Shown here piece by piece: positions 1-8,061 of a stretch of 64,000 nt of DNA (within the stretch, counting starts at the first letter, position 1; each line of letters opens with the position of its first letter). Source of the stretch: Chloroflexota bacterium (GTDB lineage: Bacteria > Chloroflexota > Limnocylindria > Limnocylindrales > CSP1-4). The notes beneath the pieces are model-generated. The model was not told where the DNA came from and ran no database searches. It saw nothing but the letters and a program-made list of their open reading frames with translations. The stretch spans positions 11,562-75,561 of the forward strand of contig JANMQO010000004.1 in the NCBI GenBank assembly GCA_031370565.1, read 5' to 3'. A program made the translations under genes and the position numbers.

Positions 1-164
1 TGAATATGCCACCGGAGACCCCACGGACCGTTCGCGGACAACTCGACGCGCGCGAGTAGGACAGGGATTCCGGAGACGGCCCAGAGTCGATGGCGCCGAC
101 GTCCCGGGTCGTCCCATCGCGCCGCCTGGTACGCCGTGGACCGCCACGCTACGCTGTAGCCCGG

Positions 165-251
165 GCCGATGTGGCGGAACTGGCAGACGCGGCGGACTTA
201 AAATCCGCTGCCCGCAAGGGCGTCAGGGTTCGAACCCCTGCTTCGGCACCA
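165..251 (+). tRNA. tRNA-Leu, anticodon UAA (decodes UUA), 3' CCA encoded
   Basis: Cloverleaf read by eye. Acceptor GCCGATG/CTTCGGC has one U-U mismatch. D arm is GCGGAACTGGCAGACGC. Anticodon stem GCGGA/TCCGC carries loop CTTAAAA. There is a long variable arm GCCCGCAAGGGCGT and a T arm CAGGG-TTCGAAC-CCCTG, followed by ACCA. The layout parallels E. coli tRNA-Leu. Confidence 0.88.
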
Positions 252-272
252 AGGATGGGCAGGCTGCGCCCT

Positions 273-309
273 GATGACGCCGGCCTGAGACCAACGCCGC
301 GGCGTCATC
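273..309 (+). terminator. 10-bp perfect hairpin downstream of tRNA-Leu (possible terminator or processing stem, no U tract)
   Basis: GATGACGCCG (273-282) pairs with CGGCGTCATC (300-309), leaving a 17-nt loop. It starts 22 nt after the tRNA 3' end. Confidence 0.3.
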
Positions 310-503
310 CGATGCGCTTCGTCGCGGTACTGTAGGCGCTGCTCGGGGAGGTCGGACAGCAACAAGTACCGTTGACCTTCGCCCGGAGGCAGGCAACCAT
401 CAACCAGATAGGTCGGCGTCCGTGCAGCTGGATGGCTCCGGCCCGCGCGATTGGACCAACGCCGGCGACGATCGAGCTGTTCCGTTGTGGATGAAAGGGC
501 AAA

Positions 504-2663
504 GTGGCACAGAACGGGGTACGCACGGCTTCTCGCCGGGCGCAGGCTATCGTGGTCGCAGGGCTCGTCGCCGTGTCTGGTGGAGCGTGGCTGCTCGTGC
601 CGAACTCGAGGCTCGATGCGTCGTCGCCGGACGGACCGATCGTCCACGGTGCGATCTCCGCCCAGGCCGCCCAGCATGATTCCTCACCGCCGCTCCACCT
701 GATCCCGGCGGCCCGACGCCAGCCACCTCGCCTGGAGCAGGACGAGGCGGTCCTGCCTCACCCGGCCACGGTCCCGGGCGCCACCGACACCGTGGTGCAG
801 TCGAGCTTGCCGACGCCCCTTGTGCCCGCGACGGCGACCAACTGGGACGGCGTCGGTGCGGGGTTCGTCGGCCCGCAGGGCACCTTCGCGGTCAGCGCGG
901 CTCCGCCCGATACCAACGGCGCCGTCGGCCCGAGCCACTACGTCCAGGTGGTCAACACGGACCTGGCGATCTTCAGCAAGACCGGCACGGTCCTCTACGG
1001 TCCGGTCCCGATCAACACCCTGTGGAGCGGGTTCGGCGGCCTGTGCCAGACCGACAACGATGGCGACCCCACGGTGCGCTACGACCAGCTCGCCGGGCGT
1101 TGGATCATCTCGCAGTTCGCCGTGACCGGGGCTGACGGGAGCAGCGTGCCGTATCTCCAGTGCGTGGCAGTCTCCCAGACCGGCGATCCGACCGGTGCCT
1201 ACAATCGGTACGCCTTCGCCTATTCGTCCTTCCCGGACTACCCCAAGCTCGGCGTGTGGCCGGATGCCTACTACACGACCTTCAACCTGTTCAACCTGCC
1301 CAACACGTTCCTGGGCGGCCTCGTCTGCGCGTACAACCGGACGGCGATGCTGAACGGTCAGGCGGCCAGCCAGCAATGCTTCAACGTGGGCACGACGTAT
1401 GGCGGCCTCCTGCCGGCCGACCTGGACAGCGTCAACAGCCCGCCCGCCGGCGCGCCCAACTACGTCGTCGCGCTGGGCGCCGCGGCGAATCAACTCGAGC
1501 TCTGGAAGTTCCACGTCGACTGGTCGACGCCGGCCAACTCCACGCTCGCACCCTACACGGTGACGACCGCCGCCTACGTCCTGCCGTGCTCCGGCGGCAC
1601 CGGCGGGACATGCGTGCCGCAGGCCGGCACGAGCCAGCAGCTCGACACGTTAGGCGACCGGCTCATGTACCGGCTCGCCTATCGGAACTTCGGCGACCAC
1701 GAGGCCCTTGTCGTCAATCACAGCGTCGCGGTCGGCGCCAGTGGGGTCGGCATCCGCTGGTACGAGATCCGGCTGCCGGGCGGCACCCCGTCGGTCTATC
1801 AACAGGGGACCTACGCCCCCGATTCGAGCTTCCGCTGGTTGGGCAGCATCGCCCAGGATGGTGCCGGCAACCTGGCTCTCGGCTTCAGTGTTTCGAGCAG
1901 CTCGCTGAATCCACAGATCCGCTACACGGGCCGACTAGCTGGAGATGCGCTCGGCCAGTTCACCCAGGGCGAGGCAACGATCATCGCCGGTGGCGGCTCG
2001 CAACTGAGCAACCTCAGCCGCTGGGGCGACTACAGCAGCATGGCCATCGACCCCGTTGATGACTGCACGTTCTGGTACACCACCCAGTACATCCCGTCGA
2101 ACGGCACGTTCAATTGGCGCACCCGGATCGCGTCATTCCAGTTCCCATCGTGTACCCCCACGCCTACCCCCATCCCGACCCCCACGCCGACCCCCACACC
2201 CACCCCAGTGCCGACACCGACCGGTGGCGTCATCACCAACCCCGGCTTCGAGACGGGCAACCTGACCGGTTGGACCGCCTCAGGGACCTCCTCGGTCGTG
2301 ACGACTGCCCACAGTGGGACATATGCGGCCCGGGGCGGCAGCGCCGGTCCGACCGGCAACAGCTCGGTCTCGCAGACGTTCACGATCCCGAGTGGGGCGA
2401 CCAGCCTGAGCTTCTGGTACCAGGTCTACTGCCCCGACAGTGTCAGCTATGACTGGGCGACTGCCACGCTCCGGGACAACACGACCGCCACGACCACGAC
2501 CATGCTCGGCCGGACCTGCACCCGGACCGGCACCTGGGTCCAGGTCAGCACGAACGTCTCCGGGCTCGTCGGCCACAGTGTGACCCTGACCCTGACCAAC
2601 CACGACGACAACTACGCCGGCGACCCCACCTATACCTGGTACGACGATGTACGGGTGCAGTAG
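504..2663 (+). CDS. secreted multidomain protein: unknown ~560-aa N-terminal domain, Pro/Thr linker, C-terminal CBM4/9-like jelly-roll module
   Basis: 719-aa ORF with GTG start after GAAAGGG. N-terminal signal/anchor is AIVVAGLVAVSGGAWLLV. Motifs DTNGAVGPSHYVQVVN and RWGDYSSMAIDP are present, but I cannot firmly name the family. A TPTPTPIPTPTP linker precedes a C-terminal GFETGNLTGW...YDDVRV module typical of carbohydrate-binding jelly rolls. Confidence 0.75.
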   Translation: MAQNGVRTASRRAQAIVVAGLVAVSGGAWLLVPNSRLDASSPDGPIVHGAISAQAAQHDSSPPLHLIPAARRQPPRLEQDEAVLPHPATVPGATDTVVQSSLPTPLVPATATNWDGVGAGFVGPQGTFAVSAAPPDTNGAVGPSHYVQVVNTDLAIFSKTGTVLYGPVPINTLWSGFGGLCQTDNDGDPTVRYDQLAGRWIISQFAVTGADGSSVPYLQCVAVSQTGDPTGAYNRYAFAYSSFPDYPKLGVWPDAYYTTFNLFNLPNTFLGGLVCAYNRTAMLNGQAASQQCFNVGTTYGGLLPADLDSVNSPPAGAPNYVVALGAAANQLELWKFHVDWSTPANSTLAPYTVTTAAYVLPCSGGTGGTCVPQAGTSQQLDTLGDRLMYRLAYRNFGDHEALVVNHSVAVGASGVGIRWYEIRLPGGTPSVYQQGTYAPDSSFRWLGSIAQDGAGNLALGFSVSSSSLNPQIRYTGRLAGDALGQFTQGEATIIAGGGSQLSNLSRWGDYSSMAIDPVDDCTFWYTTQYIPSNGTFNWRTRIASFQFPSCTPTPTPIPTPTPTPTPTPVPTPTGGVITNPGFETGNLTGWTASGTSSVVTTAHSGTYAARGGSAGPTGNSSVSQTFTIPSGATSLSFWYQVYCPDSVSYDWATATLRDNTTATTTTMLGRTCTRTGTWVQVSTNVSGLVGHSVTLTLTNHDDNYAGDPTYTWYDDVRVQ
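2154..2222 (+). repeat. in-frame Pro/Thr (ACC-CCN) low-complexity linker repeat
   Basis: The translation TPTPTPIPTPTPTPTPTPVPTPT is encoded by reiterated acc/ccc/acg/ccg codons. Confidence 0.9.
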
Positions 2664-2747
2664 CGACCGGCGCTGTCCGATGGCTACCTGACGGGGCTGT
2701 GGTTCCTACCCGAGCTCGCACTGGGATCAAAGCGAACTCCAGCAAGG

Positions 2748-4034
2748 TCAGGCGCGCTTGAGCAGGCCTCCAAATCGGCCTGGCGATCGACCGTTGTTCA
2801 GGGACGGTGAGCCGGCCGCAGCGTCCCCGAAGGCGCTCGCGGCCAGTTTGACGAAGCTCGCGGCGGCCGCGGATCGAGGGGCGCCGAGGACCACGGGATT
2901 GCCCTCGTTGACCGCCTTCAGGTAGACAAACGGGTCGTATGGCAGCTGTGCGGTCAGCCGGGCACCCAGACTGCTTTCGACATCGCGCATCCTGAGAATT
3001 TCCTTGGCGAAGGTGCTGTTGAGCACGAAGGCCGCCTTGCCTGACATCGTGCCACTCTGGTTCATGTAGTCAAGCAGGGAATGCATCGCTTTGAGCGCGG
3101 CAATCTCGGGGTAGACCGGCAGGATGACCGTTTCGGCGCGATCGAGCGCCGCCAGTGAACGCCCGTCGAGCAGCGCTCCGCTGTCAATGACCACCGCGTC
3201 ATAGGCCTGCAATGCGGTGTCGATGATCTGCTCGACGTGCGCCGCCAGCACGACCTCGGCGAATTCCGGCGAAGCAGGGGCTGCCAGTACGTGCAGGCCC
3301 GAATCGTGGCGCGTGGCATACGTCCGAAGCAGTTCCGGTTCGTGCTGCGAGCGCTCGTCGCGAGCGAGATCGGCGATCGTGTGGCGAGGCACGATGTTCA
3401 GATGCGTGGCGACCTGGCCGAACTGGAGCGCGAGGTCGATGATGAGCACGCGATCGGCCCGGCCTGCCGCATGGGCGACTGCGACGTTCACCGCGATCGT
3501 CGTCGTCCCGACGCCACCCTTGGGACTGAACACGGCGACCACCCGTCGGTTCCGCTCAATGAGCCCACTCGGAGCAACGATCGGCGTCACGTCGCGCGAG
3601 CGCTTGAAACGTAGCAGGAGGGCCTCGACCCGTGCCTCCAGCTCGCGGGCGTCGAAGGGCTTGGCCATGACGTCATCGGCGCCGGACTCCAGGAAACGGA
3701 TCCGCTCCTCGACGTCGTCCGACTGACAGACACACAGCACCGGGATGGCCGCCAGGCTGGGCGTGCCACGGATCTCGCGGCAGACCTTGTCCGGGCTTCG
3801 GCCCGGATCGGTCAGGTCGATGATGATGAGGTCGTGTTCGGCTGCATGCCGGATCGCCGCATCGGCATCCTGGACCGGGATCACCGCGTAGCCGACGCCG
3901 CCCAGCACGGACTGGATGACATCCCCGGCGGCGAGGTCGTGTTCAAGAAGCAGGATCGAGGCGCTGGGCGGCACGGTGACTCCGAGAGCGAGCGAACGGA
4001 CGAGCACGTTGGAGGTTGAGGATACAACGGCCAC
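2748..4034 (-). CDS. response-regulator receiver domain fused to CpaE/TadZ-type ParA-like ATPase
   Basis: 428-aa ORF. The REC signature is intact (LLLEHD, IIIDL, VMAKPF). The P-loop is VFSPKGGVGTTTIAVN: the KGG signature Lys is present but the canonical GK[ST] Lys is replaced by Thr, as I recall for CpaE/TadZ. An alternative start is GTG 3974, preceded by GGAG plus a 5-nt spacer. Confidence 0.8.
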   Translation of the reverse strand: MAVVSSTSNVLVRSLALGVTVPPSASILLLEHDLAAGDVIQSVLGGVGYAVIPVQDADAAIRHAAEHDLIIIDLTDPGRSPDKVCREIRGTPSLAAIPVLCVCQSDDVEERIRFLESGADDVMAKPFDARELEARVEALLLRFKRSRDVTPIVAPSGLIERNRRVVAVFSPKGGVGTTTIAVNVAVAHAAGRADRVLIIDLALQFGQVATHLNIVPRHTIADLARDERSQHEPELLRTYATRHDSGLHVLAAPASPEFAEVVLAAHVEQIIDTALQAYDAVVIDSGALLDGRSLAALDRAETVILPVYPEIAALKAMHSLLDYMNQSGTMSGKAAFVLNSTFAKEILRMRDVESSLGARLTAQLPYDPFVYLKAVNEGNPVVLGAPRSAAAASFVKLAASAFGDAAAGSPSLNNGRSPGRFGGLLKRA

Positions 4035-4161
4035 TGCAGGTCAAGGCAGGAGTCGTCCGCGATCGTCTGCTCCATCTGGGGAGACTGGCAAAGTCACGGA
4101 TCAGTTGGGACTGACAGATTCACTGAGCAAGGACAGCCGACCAGGACCATCCCCGCGTCCG

Positions 4162-4170
4162 TGGTAGACT
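4162..4170 (+). promoter_or_regulatory. extended -10-like element TGgTAGACT upstream of rpsF-ssb-rpsR
   Basis: An A/T-rich hexamer with TG at -15/-14 in GC-rich intergenic DNA, about 100 nt upstream of the rpsF start. It belongs to the recurring TGnTAnnCT family seen in this window. Confidence 0.3.
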
Positions 4171-4272
4171 CCCGGTCGTTTCCTTTCGGCTCCGCACCGG
4201 ACCGCGGGCGTGCACCACACGATCCCACCGGCCGCCAGCGGGGCGATCCCCACAGGAAGGAGTTGTGCGCAC

Positions 4273-4710
4273 GTGCGCCGATACGAACTCATGCTGGTAC
4301 TCCGTCCGGATCTGGCCGACGACAAGAGCCAGGCACTGGTGGACCGCGCCACCCGACAGATCAGCGCGTCCGGCGGTCGCATCGTCAAGGTCGCCCCGTG
4401 GGGTCGCCGCCGGCTGGCCTTCCCGATTGACCGCTTCCGCGAAGGCTCGTACCACATCGTGATCTTCGAGGCCCCGGCCGAGTCGATCGTCGAGCTGGAG
4501 CGCAGCCTGCTCATCACTGAGGAGCTGCTCCGACATCTGGTCACCCGGATCGAGCGTCCGGTCCGGCCTGCCCGAGCCGGCGACGGAGCCGACGACGGGG
4601 TCGACCTTGACGTCGATCAGCTGCCGTCCGTCGAGGACGAAGAGGACGACGAGTCGAGCGAACGCATCGACGAGTCCGAGACCGAGGCCGCTCCGGCCGC
4701 CATCGACTGA
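4273..4710 (+). CDS. rpsF: 30S ribosomal protein S6 (acidic C-terminal tail)
   Basis: The sequence RRYELMLVLRPD...WGRRRLAFPI...GSYHIVIFEA is typical S6. GTG 4273 lies 10 nt after GGAAGGAG (4255-4262). The track ORF begins at GTG 4210. Confidence 0.9.
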   Translation: MRRYELMLVLRPDLADDKSQALVDRATRQISASGGRIVKVAPWGRRRLAFPIDRFREGSYHIVIFEAPAESIVELERSLLITEELLRHLVTRIERPVRPARAGDGADDGVDLDVDQLPSVEDEEDDESSERIDESETEAAPAAID

Positions 4711-4734
4711 CCAGCAGGTTCGGGAGGCACGGGT

Positions 4735-5190
4735 ATGTCGCTCAACAAGGCGATGATCATCGGCAACCTCGGGCGCGATCCCGAGATGCGCTACACCCCG
4801 AGCGGCCAGGCGGTCACCCAGTTCACCGTTGCGGTGAACCGGAACTTCAAGGGCCAGAACGGCGAGTGGCAGGAAGAGACGGAGTGGTTCCGGGTGGTCG
4901 TCTGGGGCCAGCAGGCCGAGCGCGCCGCCGAGCATCTGCGCAAAGGCAACAAGGTGTACATCGAGGGCCGCCTGCAGACCCGCCAGTGGGAAGATCAGAC
5001 CGGCCAGAAACGCTATACGACCGAACTCGTCGCCAACCAGGTGACCAACCTGGAGCGGCGCTCTCGCGACGAAGTCCCTGAGGACGGGCAGCCGAGTCAG
5101 GCCGCTCGTCCGAGCCGACCGGCACCGGCCGCTGAGGCTGGCAACGACCGACCCGACGACGGAGGCAACTTCGATGATCTGCCCTTCTGA
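4735..5190 (+). CDS. ssb: single-stranded DNA-binding protein
   Basis: N-terminus [36 protein letters not shown], an OB fold, and the C-terminal acidic tip DDLPF. Confidence 0.95.
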   Translation: MSLNKAMIIGNLGRDPEMRYTPSGQAVTQFTVAVNRNFKGQNGEWQEETEWFRVVVWGQQAERAAEHLRKGNKVYIEGRLQTRQWEDQTGQKRYTTELVANQVTNLERRSRDEVPEDGQPSQAARPSRPAPAAEAGNDRPDDGGNFDDLPF

Positions 5191-5291
5191 CCTGGGCCAC
5201 CACTGACCAACCACAGACCGACCATGCCGGGTCGGGCCAGCGGACTCCGAGCTCGTCTGTTGCCCCGGCCAACACAGGAGACCTGATCAGC

Positions 5292-5561
5292 ATGCCGCCT
5301 ACCGCCAGGCCCAAGAAGCGCGATGACTACTATCGCGATCGCCGTCGCCGCAAGGTCTGCGCGTTCTGCGCCGACCACACCGTGCAGATCGACTACAAGG
5401 AGGTCAACCGCCTCCGCCGGTACCTGTCTGAGCGGGCCAAGATCGAGCCGCGGCGCAAGACCGGCACGTGCGCCGGCCATCAGCGCGAGCTGTCCGTGGC
5501 ACTCAAGCGCGCCCGACACGTGGCCCTGCTGCCATACGCTCCGCAGCACCTGCGACCCTGA
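5292..5561 (+). CDS. rpsR: 30S ribosomal protein S18
   Basis: The sequence [55 protein letters not shown] matches S18. An ACAGGAGA Shine-Dalgarno lies upstream. Confidence 0.95.
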   Translation: MPPTARPKKRDDYYRDRRRRKVCAFCADHTVQIDYKEVNRLRRYLSERAKIEPRRKTGTCAGHQRELSVALKRARHVALLPYAPQHLRP

Positions 5562-5586
5562 GGGCGTGACGCAGCGCTTCGCCGTG

Positions 5587-5629
5587 GCGGACGTCGGCGG
5601 GGCCCTCGACGGCCGTCCCGGACGTCCGC
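5587..5629 (+). terminator. GC-rich hairpin after rpsR (possible terminator, no U tract)
   Basis: GCGGACGTC (5587-5595) pairs with GACGTCCGC (5621-5629). It starts 26 nt after the rpsR stop. Confidence 0.3.
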
Positions 5630-5633
5630 TGAG

Positions 5634-6512
5634 GTGCTGATCGGCCTGGCCATGATCGTCGGCGGTTTTGCTGCCGGGATCTTCGGCTCGCTCCTCGGCC
5701 TGGGCGGCGGGATTCTCATCGTGCCGCTGCTCACCCTCGGATTCGGCCTGCCCCTCAGAGAAGCTGTCGGGGTGAGCCTGGTGTCGGTCATCATCACCAG
5801 CAGCGCCTCGGCCAGCGTGTACCTGGAACGCCACGTGGCAGACCTGCGCCTGGGGATGACCCTGGAGCTGTTCACCGCGATGGGCGCCCTGGTCGGCGGG
5901 CTCGTCGCGTTCCTCATTTCCGAGCAGGTCCTGGCTGGGCTGTTCGCGGCGCTGCTCGTGACGACCGCGATCACGATGGCTCGCCGACGGGAGGCGCCCG
6001 CGACGGCGCCCGCGACGGCCACGCCTGTCGGGCCGGCCTCTGTGTCCGAGCCTTCGTTCGACACGGCACCGTCGCCGGCGGCCGGTGGCCCGGGTTCGGA
6101 TCCGATCGCGCCCTCCGTACCGACCAGTGGTCATGCCCCGGTGGTTGTCCGCCGGCTGGGTCTGGGAATCGTCGGTGCCCTGTTCGCAGGGTTGGTCTCG
6201 GCGCTGCTTGGTGTGGGCGGCGGGATCGTCAAGGTCCCGGTCATGCACGTGGTCATGGGCGTCCCTCTGCGCATGGCGACGGCCACCAGCAACCTCATGA
6301 TCGGGATCACCGCCTCGGCCAGCGCGATCATCTACCTGAACCGCGGCGGGATCGATCCGCTGGTAGCCGGACCGACCGGTCTGGGGGTGTTCCTCGGAGC
6401 GACCCTGGGTTCGCGTACGATCCATCGTATTGACGTGCGGTTCCTGCGGGTGCTGTTCATCGTCGTCCTGCTGTTCACTGCCTGGCAGATGGCCGGCCGG
6501 GCAGTCCGATGA
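5634..6512 (+). CDS. TauE/SafE (TSUP, DUF81) family anion-export membrane protein
   Basis: Polytopic membrane protein with duplicated GxxGGxLGxGGGxxxVP motifs (GIFGSLLGLGGGILIVPLL and LLGVGGGIVKVPVM). ATG 5652 is an alternative start. Confidence 0.85.
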   Translation: MLIGLAMIVGGFAAGIFGSLLGLGGGILIVPLLTLGFGLPLREAVGVSLVSVIITSSASASVYLERHVADLRLGMTLELFTAMGALVGGLVAFLISEQVLAGLFAALLVTTAITMARRREAPATAPATATPVGPASVSEPSFDTAPSPAAGGPGSDPIAPSVPTSGHAPVVVRRLGLGIVGALFAGLVSALLGVGGGIVKVPVMHVVMGVPLRMATATSNLMIGITASASAIIYLNRGGIDPLVAGPTGLGVFLGATLGSRTIHRIDVRFLRVLFIVVLLFTAWQMAGRAVR

Positions 6513-6877
6513 CGGGCCGCCTCGGTGCGCAGGATCTGGACCGGACGATCGCCCGGCTGCTGGCCCTGGGCACCTATCTGAGCGTGGGTCTGCTGGCTAT
6601 CGGCGTGGTGCTCATGGCGGTATCCGGCGTCTCACCGCTGGCTGGCAATGCGCCAGCCTTTGAGCTCGGCCGCATTCCGGCTGATCTCGCTGCGCTCCGG
6701 CCAACCGGCTTCCTGTGGCTGGGCCTGATCGCGGCGATCGCCACACCGCTCGTCCGGGTGGTGGCTTCGCTCGTTGGCTATGTCCGTGGCGGCGAGCGCC
6801 GGATGGCGTTCATCGCCGCGGCCATCATCGTGGTCATCGGCATCGCTGTCGTGCTTGCCGCGAGCGGTGAGCGCTGA
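6509..6877 (+). CDS. small DUF1634-like membrane protein (usual partner of DUF81 transporters)
   Basis: 122 aa with 3-4 TM segments. The start overlaps the upstream stop by 4 nt. The family name comes from memory of the DUF81/DUF1634 pairing. Confidence 0.6.
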   Translation: MTGRLGAQDLDRTIARLLALGTYLSVGLLAIGVVLMAVSGVSPLAGNAPAFELGRIPADLAALRPTGFLWLGLIAAIATPLVRVVASLVGYVRGGERRMAFIAAAIIVVIGIAVVLAASGER

Positions 6878-6880
6878 GCG

Positions 6881-7930
6881 ATGGATCTGCTCTGGCTGGT
6901 CATCGCCTTCGCGGTCATCCTGCTCGGGGCGGAGCTGTTCACCAACGGCATCGAATGGTTCGGCCACAAGCTCGGCCTGGCGGAGGGCGCCGTCGGGTCC
7001 GTGCTGGCTGCGGTTGGGACTGCCCTGCCGGAAACGATGATCCCGATCATTGCCATCCTGTTCAGTGCCGGTCACAGCACCGATGAGGTCGGGATCGGGG
7101 CGATCCTGGGTGCGCCGTTCATGTTGGCCACGCTGGCCATGTTCGTGACCGGTGCCGCTGTCCTGCTGACCGCCCGCGGGGACGGCGCGGGGGACGCCCT
7201 GACGGTCGACACGGGCGTCCTCGTCCATGACCTGAAGATCTTTGCCATCGGCTACAGCGCCGCGATTGCAGTCGCGCTGCTGCCGGCCAACCTGGCCTGG
7301 CCGCGTTGGCTGGTGGCGGTCGGCCTGCTGCTGCTGTACGCGGGCTATGTGCGAGAGCACCTCCGCGCCGAGGCCCGGGCGGGCGAACCGGATCCAGCTC
7401 CGCTGCGGTTCCACCGGTTCGACCGCGGGGCGCCGCCGGACGCAACGTCACCCCGTCTGCGGATCGTCGGGGCGCAGGTGGCCCTGGCCCTTGCCTGCAT
7501 CGTGGGCGGCGCCTATCTGTTCGTGGGCGCCGTCTCGCGGGTGGCTCTGACGATCGGCGCCGACGAGGCGCTGCTGGCCTTGATCATCGCCCCGATCGCC
7601 ACCGAGCTGCCCGAGAAATTCAACAGCGTGATCTGGATTCGCCAGGGCAAGCACACGCTGGCGATGGGCAATATCACCGGCGCGATGGTCTTCCAGAGTG
7701 CGATTCCGACCTCCGTTGCGCTCATCTTCGCGTCGTCCGGCTGGGCGGTCACGAGCGGCTCGTTGCTGGCCTTTGCGTCGGCCGGTATCGCGTTCGTGTC
7801 GACGGCCGTCATCTTTGTGCCGCTCGCCCGCGGGCGAGCGCTGCGCGGCCGGTTCCTGTTGCTCGGCGGCGCGTTTTACGTGGTCTACGTCGGGCTGGTG
7901 GTGGCGCGTCTGAGTGGAGTTGTGCACTAG
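6881..7930 (+). CDS. Ca2+/cation antiporter (CaCA, sodium/calcium exchanger) family membrane protein
   Basis: Two alpha-repeat-like motifs are present (GAVGSVLAAVGTALPE and APIATELPEKFNS) in a polytopic protein. Confidence 0.8.
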   Translation: MDLLWLVIAFAVILLGAELFTNGIEWFGHKLGLAEGAVGSVLAAVGTALPETMIPIIAILFSAGHSTDEVGIGAILGAPFMLATLAMFVTGAAVLLTARGDGAGDALTVDTGVLVHDLKIFAIGYSAAIAVALLPANLAWPRWLVAVGLLLLYAGYVREHLRAEARAGEPDPAPLRFHRFDRGAPPDATSPRLRIVGAQVALALACIVGGAYLFVGAVSRVALTIGADEALLALIIAPIATELPEKFNSVIWIRQGKHTLAMGNITGAMVFQSAIPTSVALIFASSGWAVTSGSLLAFASAGIAFVSTAVIFVPLARGRALRGRFLLLGGAFYVVYVGLVVARLSGVVH

Positions 7931-7983
7931 CCGAGGGCGCTCGGTGCCCGGTTCGCTCGGCGTCGGGCTCGATCAAGGTCGAC

Positions 7984-7992
7984 TGGTATACT
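7984..7992 (+). promoter_or_regulatory. extended -10-like element TGgTATACT upstream of ilvE
   Basis: Located in intergenic DNA, 70 nt upstream of ATG 8062. Confidence 0.3.
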
Positions 7993-8061
7993 CGGCCGAC
8001 GATTCACCGGGCTGCTGAGCGGTCCGGGCGGCGCCGTCCCTGGAAGCGGAGCATCGACATC

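Noticed and set aside
90-677. ORFs 90-335 (+), 198-677 (-) and 305-526 (-) around the tRNA
   Set aside because: They overlap the tRNA-Leu gene or its flanks and have no Shine-Dalgarno or motif support. They are typical GC-rich noise.
1-2747. tRNA-adjacent genomic island or prophage remnant
   Set aside because: There is no integrase, no recombinase and no direct repeat of the tRNA 3' end that I could spot. The GC content looks the same as the rest of the window.
7306-8061. N-terminal 252 codons of the 581-aa track ORF that ends as ilvE
   Set aside because: This part overlaps the CaCA antiporter gene in another frame and translates to an Arg/Gly/Ala-rich sequence. The IlvE homology begins only after ATG 8062.
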